From an uncultured Lachnospiraceae bacterium (GTDB lineage Bacteria; Bacillota; Clostridia; Lachnospirales; Lachnospiraceae), in assembly GCA_910584965.1 (NCBI GenBank), contig CAJUDZ010000011.1:17088-81087 (forward strand): a stretch of DNA of 64,000 nucleotides, read 5' to 3'. Under the pieces are notes generated by a model that was not told the origin of the DNA, ran no database searches, and saw only the letters and a program-made list of their open reading frames with translations. Below, one piece after another: positions 39,738-48,345 of the stretch (position 1 is its first letter; the number at the start of each line of letters is the position of its first letter). The position numbers were made by a program, and so were the translations under genes.

Positions 39738-39785
39738 AACAATAACCCCGCCTTTCCGTAACCTGCGAATTCGCTTTCCGCCCGT

Positions 39786-40274
39786 CTATTCCTCTTCCTC
39801 TATATCATCCACGTCCTGCAGAGAACCTTCCACTTTTTCCACATAAATATGTCCTTCCAGATGGTCCATCTCATGCAGCATGGCCCGCGCAAGCAGCTCC
39901 GTCCCTTCGATTTCAAAAGATTCCAGGTTTTCATCGTAAGCGAGCATCTTCACATAATTGGGTCTTGTTACGCGTCCGGTTTTTCCCGGTACGCTCAGAC
40001 AGCCTTCGTATCCTGTCTGTTCGCCGCTCGTTTCCAGCACTTTAGGATTAATCAGAAGAATCGGATCTTCTCCCGTCACATCGATCACGACAATCCGCTT
40101 CAGAATGCCGACCTGCGGCGCGGCAAGCCCGACGCCGTTTGCCTCGTATAATGTATCAAACATGTCGTTAATTAAATCCTGTATGCGCGGTGTGATCTCC
40201 TTCACTTCCTTGCAAGGTTTCTTCAGCACGGAATCTCCGAATGCTCCCAATTCCCTGATTTTTCTGATTGCCAT
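39786..40274 (-). CDS. def: peptide deformylase
   Basis: GVGLAAPQVG, EGCLSVPG, HEMDHLEG. Confidence 0.95.
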   Translation of the reverse strand: MAIRKIRELGAFGDSVLKKPCKEVKEITPRIQDLINDMFDTLYEANGVGLAAPQVGILKRIVVIDVTGEDPILLINPKVLETSGEQTGYEGCLSVPGKTGRVTRPNYVKMLAYDENLESFEIEGTELLARAMLHEMDHLEGHIYVEKVEGSLQDVDDIEEEE

Positions 40275-40306
40275 TTCTTTTTTTCCTTTCTGTCTTTTCT
40301 TTTCGT

Positions 40307-42562
40307 CTAATACGTATTCATCGGATTGAAATCGAACTGAACGTTCAGATTTTTATAATCCTGTTCTTTATTGTATGCTTCCAGCATATCTTTTATCTGA
40401 ACAAGCCTCTCGTAATCGGGATGCTTCAAATACAGGGTGTGTCTGTACAGATCATTGATTTTTGAGACGGCCGCCGGTGCGGGCCCGATCAGATACAGCA
40501 TCCCGTCGTCCCCGAACCGTTCTTTTATCATCCGGGCAAAAATCTCAAGAACGCCGCTTCCCCGCTCTTCCTCCCCGGAAGTGACGAGTATCGCGAGCAT
40601 ATGCGCCGCCGGCGGATATTGCAGCAATTCCCTGTATATCATTTCTTCCTGATAAAAACTCTCATAATCCTGATTGGCCGCATGGACGATGCTGTAATGT
40701 TCCGGCTGGTAAGTCTGTATCACGACTTCTCCCGGAAGCGCTCCCCGGCCCGCCCGGCCCGCCGCCTGTGTCAGCAGCTGAAAAGTCCGTTCCCCGGCGC
40801 GGTAGTCGTTCTGGTTCAAAGACAGGTCTGCCGCCAGAATCCCGACAAGCGTTACGTTCGGAAAGTCGTGTCCCTTAACAATCATCTGCGTTCCCACAAG
40901 AATATCCGCTTTCCCGTCCGCAAAAGCCGACAGGATCTTCTCATAGCTTTCCTTACTCCTGGTGGAATCCGCATCCATCCGCAGCACCCGCGCACCCGGT
41001 AATTCTTTGTGTACGGCTTCCTCAATCTGTTCCGTCCCGGCCCGGAATCCGAGCAGATACTTAGAACCGCAGGACGGACACAGTTCCGGCCGTATTTCCG
41101 CATGGCCGCAGTAATGGCAGACGAGCATTCCGTTCCGATGTTCCGAAAGGGAAACGTCACAGTGGGGGCATTTCATTACATGCCCGCAGGCTCTGCAGGA
41201 AATAAAGCCCGCATATCCTCTCCGGTTCAGAAAAAGCATGCTCTGTTCGCCCGCCTCAAGTCTCTGTTTCATCAGCTCTTTCAGCTTCCGGCTGAAAATG
41301 GAACGGTTTCCTTCTTTCAATTCTTCCCGCAAATCCACGGTATATACCTGCGGCAGCATGCCGCCCGTCAGACGCTTTTGTAAGCGGTACCGCCTGTATT
41401 CCCCCTTTTCCGCCCGGTAAGCCGCTTCCAGAGAGGGCGTTGCGGAACCGAGCACCACGCTTGCGCCTTTCAGCGAGGCGATCTGTATCGCAGTTTCCCG
41501 CGCATGATATTTCGGCATTGTTTCGCTCTTATAACTGTTCTCATGCTCTTCATCGATGATGATAACGCCCAGATTCGGAAAAGGCGTAAAAAGCGCCGAT
41601 CTCGGCCCGATCATCACATCCAGTTCGCCCCGTCTGGCGCGTTCCGTCTGATCGTATTTTTCTCCCATGGATAAAGTGGAGTTTATGACAGAGACACGGT
41701 CTCCGAATCTCTTGTAAAAACGAAGCAGCGTCTGGTAAGTCAGGGCAATTTCAGGGATTAACATGATCGCCTGTTTTCCCATTGCGGTCATCTGCTCGAT
41801 TATCCCCAGATAGACTTCCGTTTTGCCGCTTCCGGTAATTCCGTGTATCAGGCTTGTTCCGGGCCTGCCCGCCCGGTACTCTCCCATAATGTCTTCTATA
41901 ATAAAACGCTGTTCCCCGCTTAACTCTCTGGCCGCTTCCCGCGCCTGTATCCTCCTGACCGGATTCCGGTAATAGTTTTCCTTTTCTATCGCAATGATGC
42001 CCTGTTTTTCCAGGCTGCTCAGCGTGGGCGCCGCCACATTTAATTTTTCCCGCAGCAGCGAATAAGGCAGTATCTCCTCTTCCAGCAGGGCATTCAGCAC
42101 CCGGACTTTTGCGGTCTGATGTTTCCTTGCACATTCCGCAATCTGCCGTTCGATTTCCTCCCGGCCGCAGCATCTTATAATCTTCTTTCTTTCCGGCTGC
42201 TTTAACTTCTGTTTGACGGGAAGCACCGTTTTCAGAGCGGTGATCATGGTGGAGCCATAATGGCTCTTCATCCAGTACGCCGTCTGAATCAGATCGCTTT
42301 CCAATGTCGTTCCTTTCTCATCGATACAGCGTATTTCCTTCATCTTTTCCGGCGGATAATCCGACTTTTCGGAGAGGTCAACCACGTAACCGGTCATGTC
42401 TTTGTTTCCTGTTCCGAAAGGCACATGCACCCTTACGCCGGGCACGACTTTTCCGGCCAATGCTTCCGGTATGATATACTGAAAAGCCCGGTCTACTTTC
42501 TCATGGGAAATTTCCACGATCACATCCGCATATCGTTTTTCTTTGATTGCAGTTTCAGCCAT
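40307..42562 (-). CDS. priA: primosomal replication restart helicase PriA
   Basis: GITGSGKTEVY, DEEH, Cys-rich zinc-binding insert (CRACGHVMKCPHCDVSL...CHYCGH...CPSCG). Confidence 0.95.
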   Translation of the reverse strand: MAETAIKEKRYADVIVEISHEKVDRAFQYIIPEALAGKVVPGVRVHVPFGTGNKDMTGYVVDLSEKSDYPPEKMKEIRCIDEKGTTLESDLIQTAYWMKSHYGSTMITALKTVLPVKQKLKQPERKKIIRCCGREEIERQIAECARKHQTAKVRVLNALLEEEILPYSLLREKLNVAAPTLSSLEKQGIIAIEKENYYRNPVRRIQAREAARELSGEQRFIIEDIMGEYRAGRPGTSLIHGITGSGKTEVYLGIIEQMTAMGKQAIMLIPEIALTYQTLLRFYKRFGDRVSVINSTLSMGEKYDQTERARRGELDVMIGPRSALFTPFPNLGVIIIDEEHENSYKSETMPKYHARETAIQIASLKGASVVLGSATPSLEAAYRAEKGEYRRYRLQKRLTGGMLPQVYTVDLREELKEGNRSIFSRKLKELMKQRLEAGEQSMLFLNRRGYAGFISCRACGHVMKCPHCDVSLSEHRNGMLVCHYCGHAEIRPELCPSCGSKYLLGFRAGTEQIEEAVHKELPGARVLRMDADSTRSKESYEKILSAFADGKADILVGTQMIVKGHDFPNVTLVGILAADLSLNQNDYRAGERTFQLLTQAAGRAGRGALPGEVVIQTYQPEHYSIVHAANQDYESFYQEEMIYRELLQYPPAAHMLAILVTSGEEERGSGVLEIFARMIKERFGDDGMLYLIGPAPAAVSKINDLYRHTLYLKHPDYERLVQIKDMLEAYNKEQDYKNLNVQFDFNPMNTY

Positions 42563-44057
42563 TCACCTTTGTCCTCTTTTCGGAAGCCTGCTCCGCCGCC
42601 AGAATCTCCCGAATCATCTCCCGTTCATCCATCGGGTATTTCACCCCTTTGATTTCCTGATAATCCTCATGCCCTTTCCCGGCAAGTACGATAATGTCCC
42701 CCGGTTCCCCATGGGCAATGGCATAAGCGACCGCTTCCTTCCGGTCACAAATTTCAAGATACTTTCCGTCCGTCCGTCCGATTCCGGTTTTGATATCCTC
42801 TATGATATCCAAAGGTTCTTCAAACCGCGGATTATCGGATGTAATAATCGTTAAATCCGCCAGCTTTCCGCTGACCTCGCCCATCTCGTACCGCCGCAGT
42901 TTCGAACGGTTGCCGCCGCAGCCAAAGACGCTGATGAGGCGGTGGGGACGATATTCTTTCAAGGTGGAAAGCAGACTTTCGAGCGCCATCGCATTATGCG
43001 CATAATCGATCATCAGCGTAAAGTCATCCGACACATTGACAAGTTCTATGCGTCCCTTTACTTTTGCCCGCAGAAACGCCTTTTTAACCGCTTCTTCCGG
43101 CACGTCAAAATGCCTGCATATGGCGGCCGCCGTCAACGCGTTATAAACGCTGAATCTGCCCGGCATGGAGAGCTCCGCGTGAAAATCCATCAGGCCTTTT
43201 ACGTCAAAAGCTACTCCCAGTTTTCCGCCGCCCGATATCAGCTCCAGATTCTCCGCTCTTAAATCCGCATCCGTTTCAATTCCATATGTCTCTATCCTGC
43301 ATGTATGCCCCGCCGTCACTTTCTCCCAGTGCTCATCATCCCGATTGACAATACCCACTTTACACTGTTGAAACAGCAGGCCCTTGCAGGCCAGATAATC
43401 TTCGAAATCCTTATGCTCGTTCGGGCCGATATGATCCGGTTCAATGTTGGTAAAAATACCGAGGTCAAAAACAAAGCCCTGGGTTCTGTGAAGCATCAGG
43501 CCCTGGGAAGACACTTCCATCACCACCGTATCGCACCCGGCATCCGCCATCTGTTTAAAATACTGCTGTACCAAATAAGATTCCGGCGTCGTATTGCCTG
43601 CATGGATATGAGTCTCTCCGATGATTACCTCGATGGTGCCGATCAGCCCGACTTTACGTCCCGCTTCTTCCAGAATGTTTCTGACAAGATAGGTCGTCGT
43701 CGTCTTTCCTTTCGTTCCGGTAATCCCGATCACTTTAAGCCGTCTGGCCGGATGACCGAAATAAGCCGCCGAGATAAAAGCCATCGCATACCGCGTATCC
43801 GCTGTCCTGATCACCGTCACTTCCGCCGTTTCCGGTAAGTCCACGTCCTTTTGCACAACGAGGGCACGGGCCCCGGCTTCCACGACCGAGGCCGCAAAAT
43901 CATGTCCGTCCGCATTCGCGCCCGGAATGCAGATAAAAAGGCTTCCGCGCGTCACCTTTCTGGAATCATAAACGACCTCCGTCACTTCGATGTCTTCCGT
44001 ACCCCTGATACACTCATATGTTAAATCCGCCAGCAATTCTTTCAATCTGCTCATCAA
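42555..44057 (-). CDS. murE: UDP-N-acetylmuramoyl-L-alanyl-D-glutamate--2,6-diaminopimelate ligase
   Basis: GITGTKGKTTT, DNPR motif (TSDNPRFEEP). 8-nt overlap with the priA start. Confidence 0.9.
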   Translation of the reverse strand: MMSRLKELLADLTYECIRGTEDIEVTEVVYDSRKVTRGSLFICIPGANADGHDFAASVVEAGARALVVQKDVDLPETAEVTVIRTADTRYAMAFISAAYFGHPARRLKVIGITGTKGKTTTTYLVRNILEEAGRKVGLIGTIEVIIGETHIHAGNTTPESYLVQQYFKQMADAGCDTVVMEVSSQGLMLHRTQGFVFDLGIFTNIEPDHIGPNEHKDFEDYLACKGLLFQQCKVGIVNRDDEHWEKVTAGHTCRIETYGIETDADLRAENLELISGGGKLGVAFDVKGLMDFHAELSMPGRFSVYNALTAAAICRHFDVPEEAVKKAFLRAKVKGRIELVNVSDDFTLMIDYAHNAMALESLLSTLKEYRPHRLISVFGCGGNRSKLRRYEMGEVSGKLADLTIITSDNPRFEEPLDIIEDIKTGIGRTDGKYLEICDRKEAVAYAIAHGEPGDIIVLAGKGHEDYQEIKGVKYPMDEREMIREILAAEQASEKRTKVNG

Positions 44058-44131
44058 AAACCTCCGTTAATTACCTCTTTTAAACCCAATTCCTTACGAT
44101 TACGGTCCGCCGCACAGACTGTTCTCATAAT

Positions 44132-44160
44132 AAAATAGCACGAAATACACTCTTTTTCAA
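44132..44160 (-). promoter_or_regulatory. candidate promoter for murE-priA (TTGAAA-17 nt-TATTTT with upstream TGC)
   Basis: -35 at 44155-44160 and -10 at 44132-44137 on the minus strand, in an AT-rich 290-bp spacer. Confidence 0.35.
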
Positions 44161-44313
44161 CTTTTCACATTTTCTTTATGGAAGTTTATGTTTTTATTAA
44201 GGTAAGTTTATATTTTTATTAGAAAGAAAACACAGTTTAGACACATTTACAAATTAAGATAATATACAAGATAGTTGATTAACTCACTATCTCCCCCCTC
44301 ATAAGAAAATACG

Positions 44314-44341
44314 AAAAAGCCTGAGAATTCTCAGGCTTTTT
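44314..44341. terminator. bidirectional intrinsic terminator after the PfkB-family kinase gene
   Basis: AAAAAGCCTGAGAATTCTCAGGCTTTTT, a perfect palindrome flanked by A and T runs. Confidence 0.8.
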
Positions 44342-44351
44342 CGGTGCGTTC

Positions 44352-45284
44352 CTATCTTAATTTCTCTACCGTAATGCTCTCATACAATTCTTCCGCTGTG
44401 CCGAAGGGGACGTCCGCGCTCTTTAATGTCGTTGCACTGGCTGCGGAAATCGCCGCCGCACGCCGCAGAGCCTCTTCTCTTCTTTCTTTTTTCATAAAGG
44501 ACATCGCATAAGACGCTACCACACAATCACCGCATCCTATCGTATTCAGCGCCTGTACGTTCTCCGCTTTGGCGTAAAGCGCCACACCGCCGCTGCATAC
44601 ATACAGAAGGCCGTTCTTTCCCATGGACACGACGACATGCGCAACGCCTCCCGTATGAACTTTTACCGCCGCTTCGATGACATCTTCCCTGTTTACCAGT
44701 TTATGCCCGACAATGTATTCTAATTCCTTCTGATTGGGTTTGATAAAATACGGTTTTGCCTCAATGCCTGCCCGCAGGCTTTCCCCGCTCGTATCAAGCA
44801 TTGTCCGAAGCCCTCTGAAACGCGCCTTTTCGATCAGTGTCTTATAAATATCTTCCGGCATTCCCCTTCCGATGCTGCCTGATAAGACAACGATCTCACA
44901 TTCCGCGATCAGTTCTTCATACAATTCCAGAAACTGCCCTATCTGTTCTTCTTCGACAAGCGGTCCCGGCTCCAGAATTTCCGTCACATAGCCGTTATCC
45001 GCCAGAATGTTAATGCTGCTCCGCGTCTCTTCCGCCACCCGGATAAACTGACATTCCACCTGCTTATCCAATAACGTGTCCTCGATGAAATCCCCCGCAT
45101 AGCCGCCAAGAAATCCCGTCGCACAGACGCGCTGTCCGTACTGGCGCAGCACCCTTGCCACATTGATGCCCTTTCCGCCCGCAAAAGACATCGCGGTACG
45201 CATTCTGTTGACATTTCCCGTGATTAATTCTCCCGCCGTATAGGTTTTATCCACGGCCGGATTCAATGTTACTGTAAGAATCAT
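44352..45284 (-). CDS. 1-phosphofructokinase-family (PfkB) hexose-phosphate kinase
   Basis: MILTVTLNPAVDKTY, AGGKGINVARVL, GCGDCVVA. Confidence 0.8.
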   Translation of the reverse strand: MILTVTLNPAVDKTYTAGELITGNVNRMRTAMSFAGGKGINVARVLRQYGQRVCATGFLGGYAGDFIEDTLLDKQVECQFIRVAEETRSSINILADNGYVTEILEPGPLVEEEQIGQFLELYEELIAECEIVVLSGSIGRGMPEDIYKTLIEKARFRGLRTMLDTSGESLRAGIEAKPYFIKPNQKELEYIVGHKLVNREDVIEAAVKVHTGGVAHVVVSMGKNGLLYVCSGGVALYAKAENVQALNTIGCGDCVVASYAMSFMKKERREEALRRAAAISAASATTLKSADVPFGTAEELYESITVEKLR

Positions 45285-45317
45285 ATTCCCTCTCATTCTG
45301 CCGCCTGGGCGATTTTT

Positions 45318-47117
45318 TTATTTTGAATAGTCCCGCATGACAATCTGCAGACTTTCCTTTCCCTGATACACGTTGATATCCGGATAGTACACCATCTGGA
45401 TAACGATTCGCTTACTGCCTTCCTGATACAGCCTGATCCGCTCTTCTTTTCCAAATTCCGCTTCCAGAAAAGCATGCCAGCCGGGCAGATCGCCGAAATA
45501 AATCATTTCAAAAAGATTCCCTTCTTCGTCCTGTATCCGGTATTTTCCCACATTTTCATTCTTCCCAAGAATCCTCCCGTGTAGAATATGTACGTTTTTC
45601 CGGGCAAAAACAGGCTTGGTGTTGCCGTTTCCAAAAGGCTCCAGCACCTGAAGCTGTCTGACAAAATCCATATGGATATAGGATAAGGGCATCGGCACAT
45701 CGATCAGCAGCTTTTCCGTAAAGTCTTCCTCTGTGAGGCGGCAGTTCCGGTTCAGCATCAGCCGAAATTCCTCAACGTTTTCCTCCGGCAGGGAAAGCCC
45801 CGCCGCCATTCTGTGTCCTCCGTAGCGCGTAAAAAGATGTTTGCAGAGGCTCATCTCTTCATACATATGATATGCCTCGATGGAACGCCCGGAGCCTTTT
45901 ACCCCGTCTTCTCCTCTGGTCAGCACAAAAACCGGCTTATGGAATTTTTCTTTCAGCCGCCCTGCGATAATTCCCGCCAGACTTTCATGACAATCCGGCA
46001 GATAAACTACCAGCACCTTGTCCTCCCGCAGCGGACCGTTTTCGATCAGTTCCACCGCCTGTTCCGTCCCCTGCCCTGTCATTTCCTTCCGGCTGTCATT
46101 CAGCTCTTTCAGCTCTCCGGCAATCGTGACCGCCTGTGCAAAGCTGCCGCTTTCAAACATCTGAAGCGCTTTCAGAGCCGTATCCAGTCTGCCTGTCGCG
46201 TTCAGGCAGGGCCCCAGCACGAATCCGATGTGATAGGCCGATAAAGGCTTATCCTGTAATCCGTTCACTTCAAGCAGCGCCTTCATCCCAAAATTTTTGG
46301 TCCGGGCGATCTGCCGCAGGCCGTACTTTACCAGAATCCGGTTTTCATTCCGCAGCTCCATCACATCTCCCACCGTCGCAAAAGCCGCAAACTCCAGCAG
46401 TTCCGAAAGCAGTTCCCGGCGCGCCTCGGAACGCATATCTGTCCCGGACTGCCTTCTTATATGTTCTTCCGTCAAAACCTGTACGAATTTATAAGCCACC
46501 ACCGCGCCGCAGATGCCGTCAAAAGGATAACCGCATTTCTCCTGTTTCGGGTCAATAACGGCCGCCGCAGGGGGAAGCAGTTCCCGCCTCGTTCCGTCCG
46601 CGTCTTCCTCATAAGGCACTTCATGGTGGTCTGTCACGATCACGTTCATGCCAAGCTCATTCGCATAAACGATCTGCTCTGCGGCAGCAATGCCGTTATC
46701 ACAGGTAATGATCGTCCGGATGCCGTCCCGATGCGCCTCTTCGATCAGATGATCGTTCAGCCCATAGCCGTCTTTGATGCGGTGCGGTATGACCGTATCC
46801 GCCTTTGCGCCGCAAAAACGCAGACCGCGGAGCAGAATGTAAGTTGCACACACGCCGTCGATATCATAATCGCCGATAATGCGGACCGCCGCTCCTTTTT
46901 CAATTTCGGACAGCATAAAAACGACTGCTTTCTCCATATCGTAAAGCAGCCGCGGTTCATGCAGGTCTTCCAGTGTTCCGTGCAGAAACAGATTGATTTC
47001 CTCATCCCCGACGATATCCCGGTTCCGTATAATGCGGGCAATCACGGGGTCGATTCCAAAGGTCTCTGCAATTTTTGCAAAATCAGCTTTCTTCGCCGAC
47101 ACCATCCATTTTGCCAT
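45318..47117 (-). CDS. recJ: single-stranded-DNA-specific exonuclease RecJ
   Basis: DHH-family motifs IIGDYDIDGV, VTDHHE, GGHRMAAG. Confidence 0.9.
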   Translation of the reverse strand: MAKWMVSAKKADFAKIAETFGIDPVIARIIRNRDIVGDEEINLFLHGTLEDLHEPRLLYDMEKAVVFMLSEIEKGAAVRIIGDYDIDGVCATYILLRGLRFCGAKADTVIPHRIKDGYGLNDHLIEEAHRDGIRTIITCDNGIAAAEQIVYANELGMNVIVTDHHEVPYEEDADGTRRELLPPAAAVIDPKQEKCGYPFDGICGAVVAYKFVQVLTEEHIRRQSGTDMRSEARRELLSELLEFAAFATVGDVMELRNENRILVKYGLRQIARTKNFGMKALLEVNGLQDKPLSAYHIGFVLGPCLNATGRLDTALKALQMFESGSFAQAVTIAGELKELNDSRKEMTGQGTEQAVELIENGPLREDKVLVVYLPDCHESLAGIIAGRLKEKFHKPVFVLTRGEDGVKGSGRSIEAYHMYEEMSLCKHLFTRYGGHRMAAGLSLPEENVEEFRLMLNRNCRLTEEDFTEKLLIDVPMPLSYIHMDFVRQLQVLEPFGNGNTKPVFARKNVHILHGRILGKNENVGKYRIQDEEGNLFEMIYFGDLPGWHAFLEAEFGKEERIRLYQEGSKRIVIQMVYYPDINVYQGKESLQIVMRDYSK

Positions 47118-47126
47118 CGTAATTTC

Positions 47127-47369
47127 CTATGCCGTCTTTCGCTCCAGTTCTTCAATCCGCTTTTCCAGTTGGTCAATCTTCCGGATTAATATTTCGATCG
47201 TATCTTTCTCCAATTTGCAGGCATTCAGTTCTTTCTGCATCGCATCAAGCCTTTGTTCAATTTTTTCAAAGCGCATATCGACTCTCTCAAACCGCTTGTT
47301 GATCCGTTCTTCCATACGCCCCATTTCGTCAATAATCGTATTGACCATCATTTTCATTTCCTTATCCAT
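47127..47369 (-). CDS. small coiled-coil protein, 80 aa
   Basis: Heptad-rich sequence (RMEERINKRFERVDMRFEKIEQRLDAMQKEL). GGGGGT RBS. No family recognised. Confidence 0.5.
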   Translation of the reverse strand: MDKEMKMMVNTIIDEMGRMEERINKRFERVDMRFEKIEQRLDAMQKELNACKLEKDTIEILIRKIDQLEKRIEELERKTA

Positions 47370-47429
47370 ACCGACACCCCCTGCCTTTTAAGCCGGACTG
47401 CTCCGGTACCCGGCTAATAATGCTTTGAG

Positions 47430-47776
47430 TGGACCAGACGGGAGTCGAACCCGTGTCCAAAAGCCCATTCCCTGTCCTTCTACTATCATAGTCCGTCATT
47501 TCGGATTGCTCCTCATTCCCTCCCGTATCAGGAGGCGGACGCCCCGGTACGTTTGGTAGCTTCATAATACGCCCACGGGCTCAAAGCTTTGCCCGTGTCG
47601 TTTCCCGCATAGTCGATGCCCGGTTCTTAATGTGCGGGTGCACTAAGGCGGACAGCTGCCCTTAGGCAGCGTATGCTAAATTATCTTCAGCGTTTATATT
47701 TATTTTTGCGATTTGACGCATCGCCTGCGGATAGCTTCTCCAGCTGCAAGACCCCTGTCGAAACCTTGACTGGCCC
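47430..47776 (-). ncRNA. ssrA: tmRNA (SsrA), 347 nt, CCA not encoded
   Basis: 5' GGGCCAGTCAAGGTTTCGACAGGGG and 3' GGGTTCGACTCCCGTCTGGTCCA. Acceptor stem has the G3:U pair. Tag frame ends ...GCTGAAGATAATTTAGCATACGCTGCCTAA (AEDNLAYAA*). Sits directly downstream of smpB. Confidence 0.9.
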
Positions 47777-47865
47777 TTATTCAAATCAAATGTCTGCTTC
47801 GCAGCCGCCTGATTTTATTGTATATATTACAGTATATCATATGTTAAGGAATTTTAATATCTTTT

Positions 47866-48330
47866 TTAAAGATTTCTGATCTTAAAATCTCTTTCGTGCT
47901 CTCTGCGCTGATCTTTCTTCGCGATGTCCTGCCGTTTGTCATAGAGCTTTTTTCCGCGGGCAAGGCCGATTTCCAGCTTGGCTCTGCCTTCCTTAAAGTA
48001 AACCTGCAGCGGAACAAGCGTATACCCCTGTTCGGAAATTTTACCGCTCAGTTTGCGGATTTCCTCCTTGTGCATCAGCAGTTTCTTGGGCCGCAGAGGA
48101 TCTTTGTTAAAGATATTGCCTTTTTCATAGGGGCTGATGTTCATGCCGTATGCGAAGGCTTCCCCGTTTTCAATCCGTACGAAGCCTTCTTTGATGCTGC
48201 ATTTGCCAAGCCGCAGCGACTTTACTTCCGTGCCGTGCAGCGCAAGCCCGGTCTCGTATTTTTCTTCTATAAAAAAGTCGTGGTATGCCTTTTTGTTATT
48301 TGCAACTAACTTCATCGATTCCTTCGCCAT
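47866..48330 (-). CDS. smpB: SsrA-binding protein SmpB
   Basis: NKKAYHDFFIEEKYETGLALHGTEVKSLR. Confidence 0.95.
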   Translation of the reverse strand: MAKESMKLVANNKKAYHDFFIEEKYETGLALHGTEVKSLRLGKCSIKEGFVRIENGEAFAYGMNISPYEKGNIFNKDPLRPKKLLMHKEEIRKLSGKISEQGYTLVPLQVYFKEGRAKLEIGLARGKKLYDKRQDIAKKDQRREHERDFKIRNL

Positions 48331-48345
48331 TTTTTACCTCCGCTT

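Noticed and set aside
47127-47776. Genomic island or prophage integrated at the tmRNA 3' end
   Set aside because: No integrase, no direct repeat of the ssrA 3' end, and the downstream genes are a small coiled-coil ORF and recJ. Nothing suggests mobile DNA.
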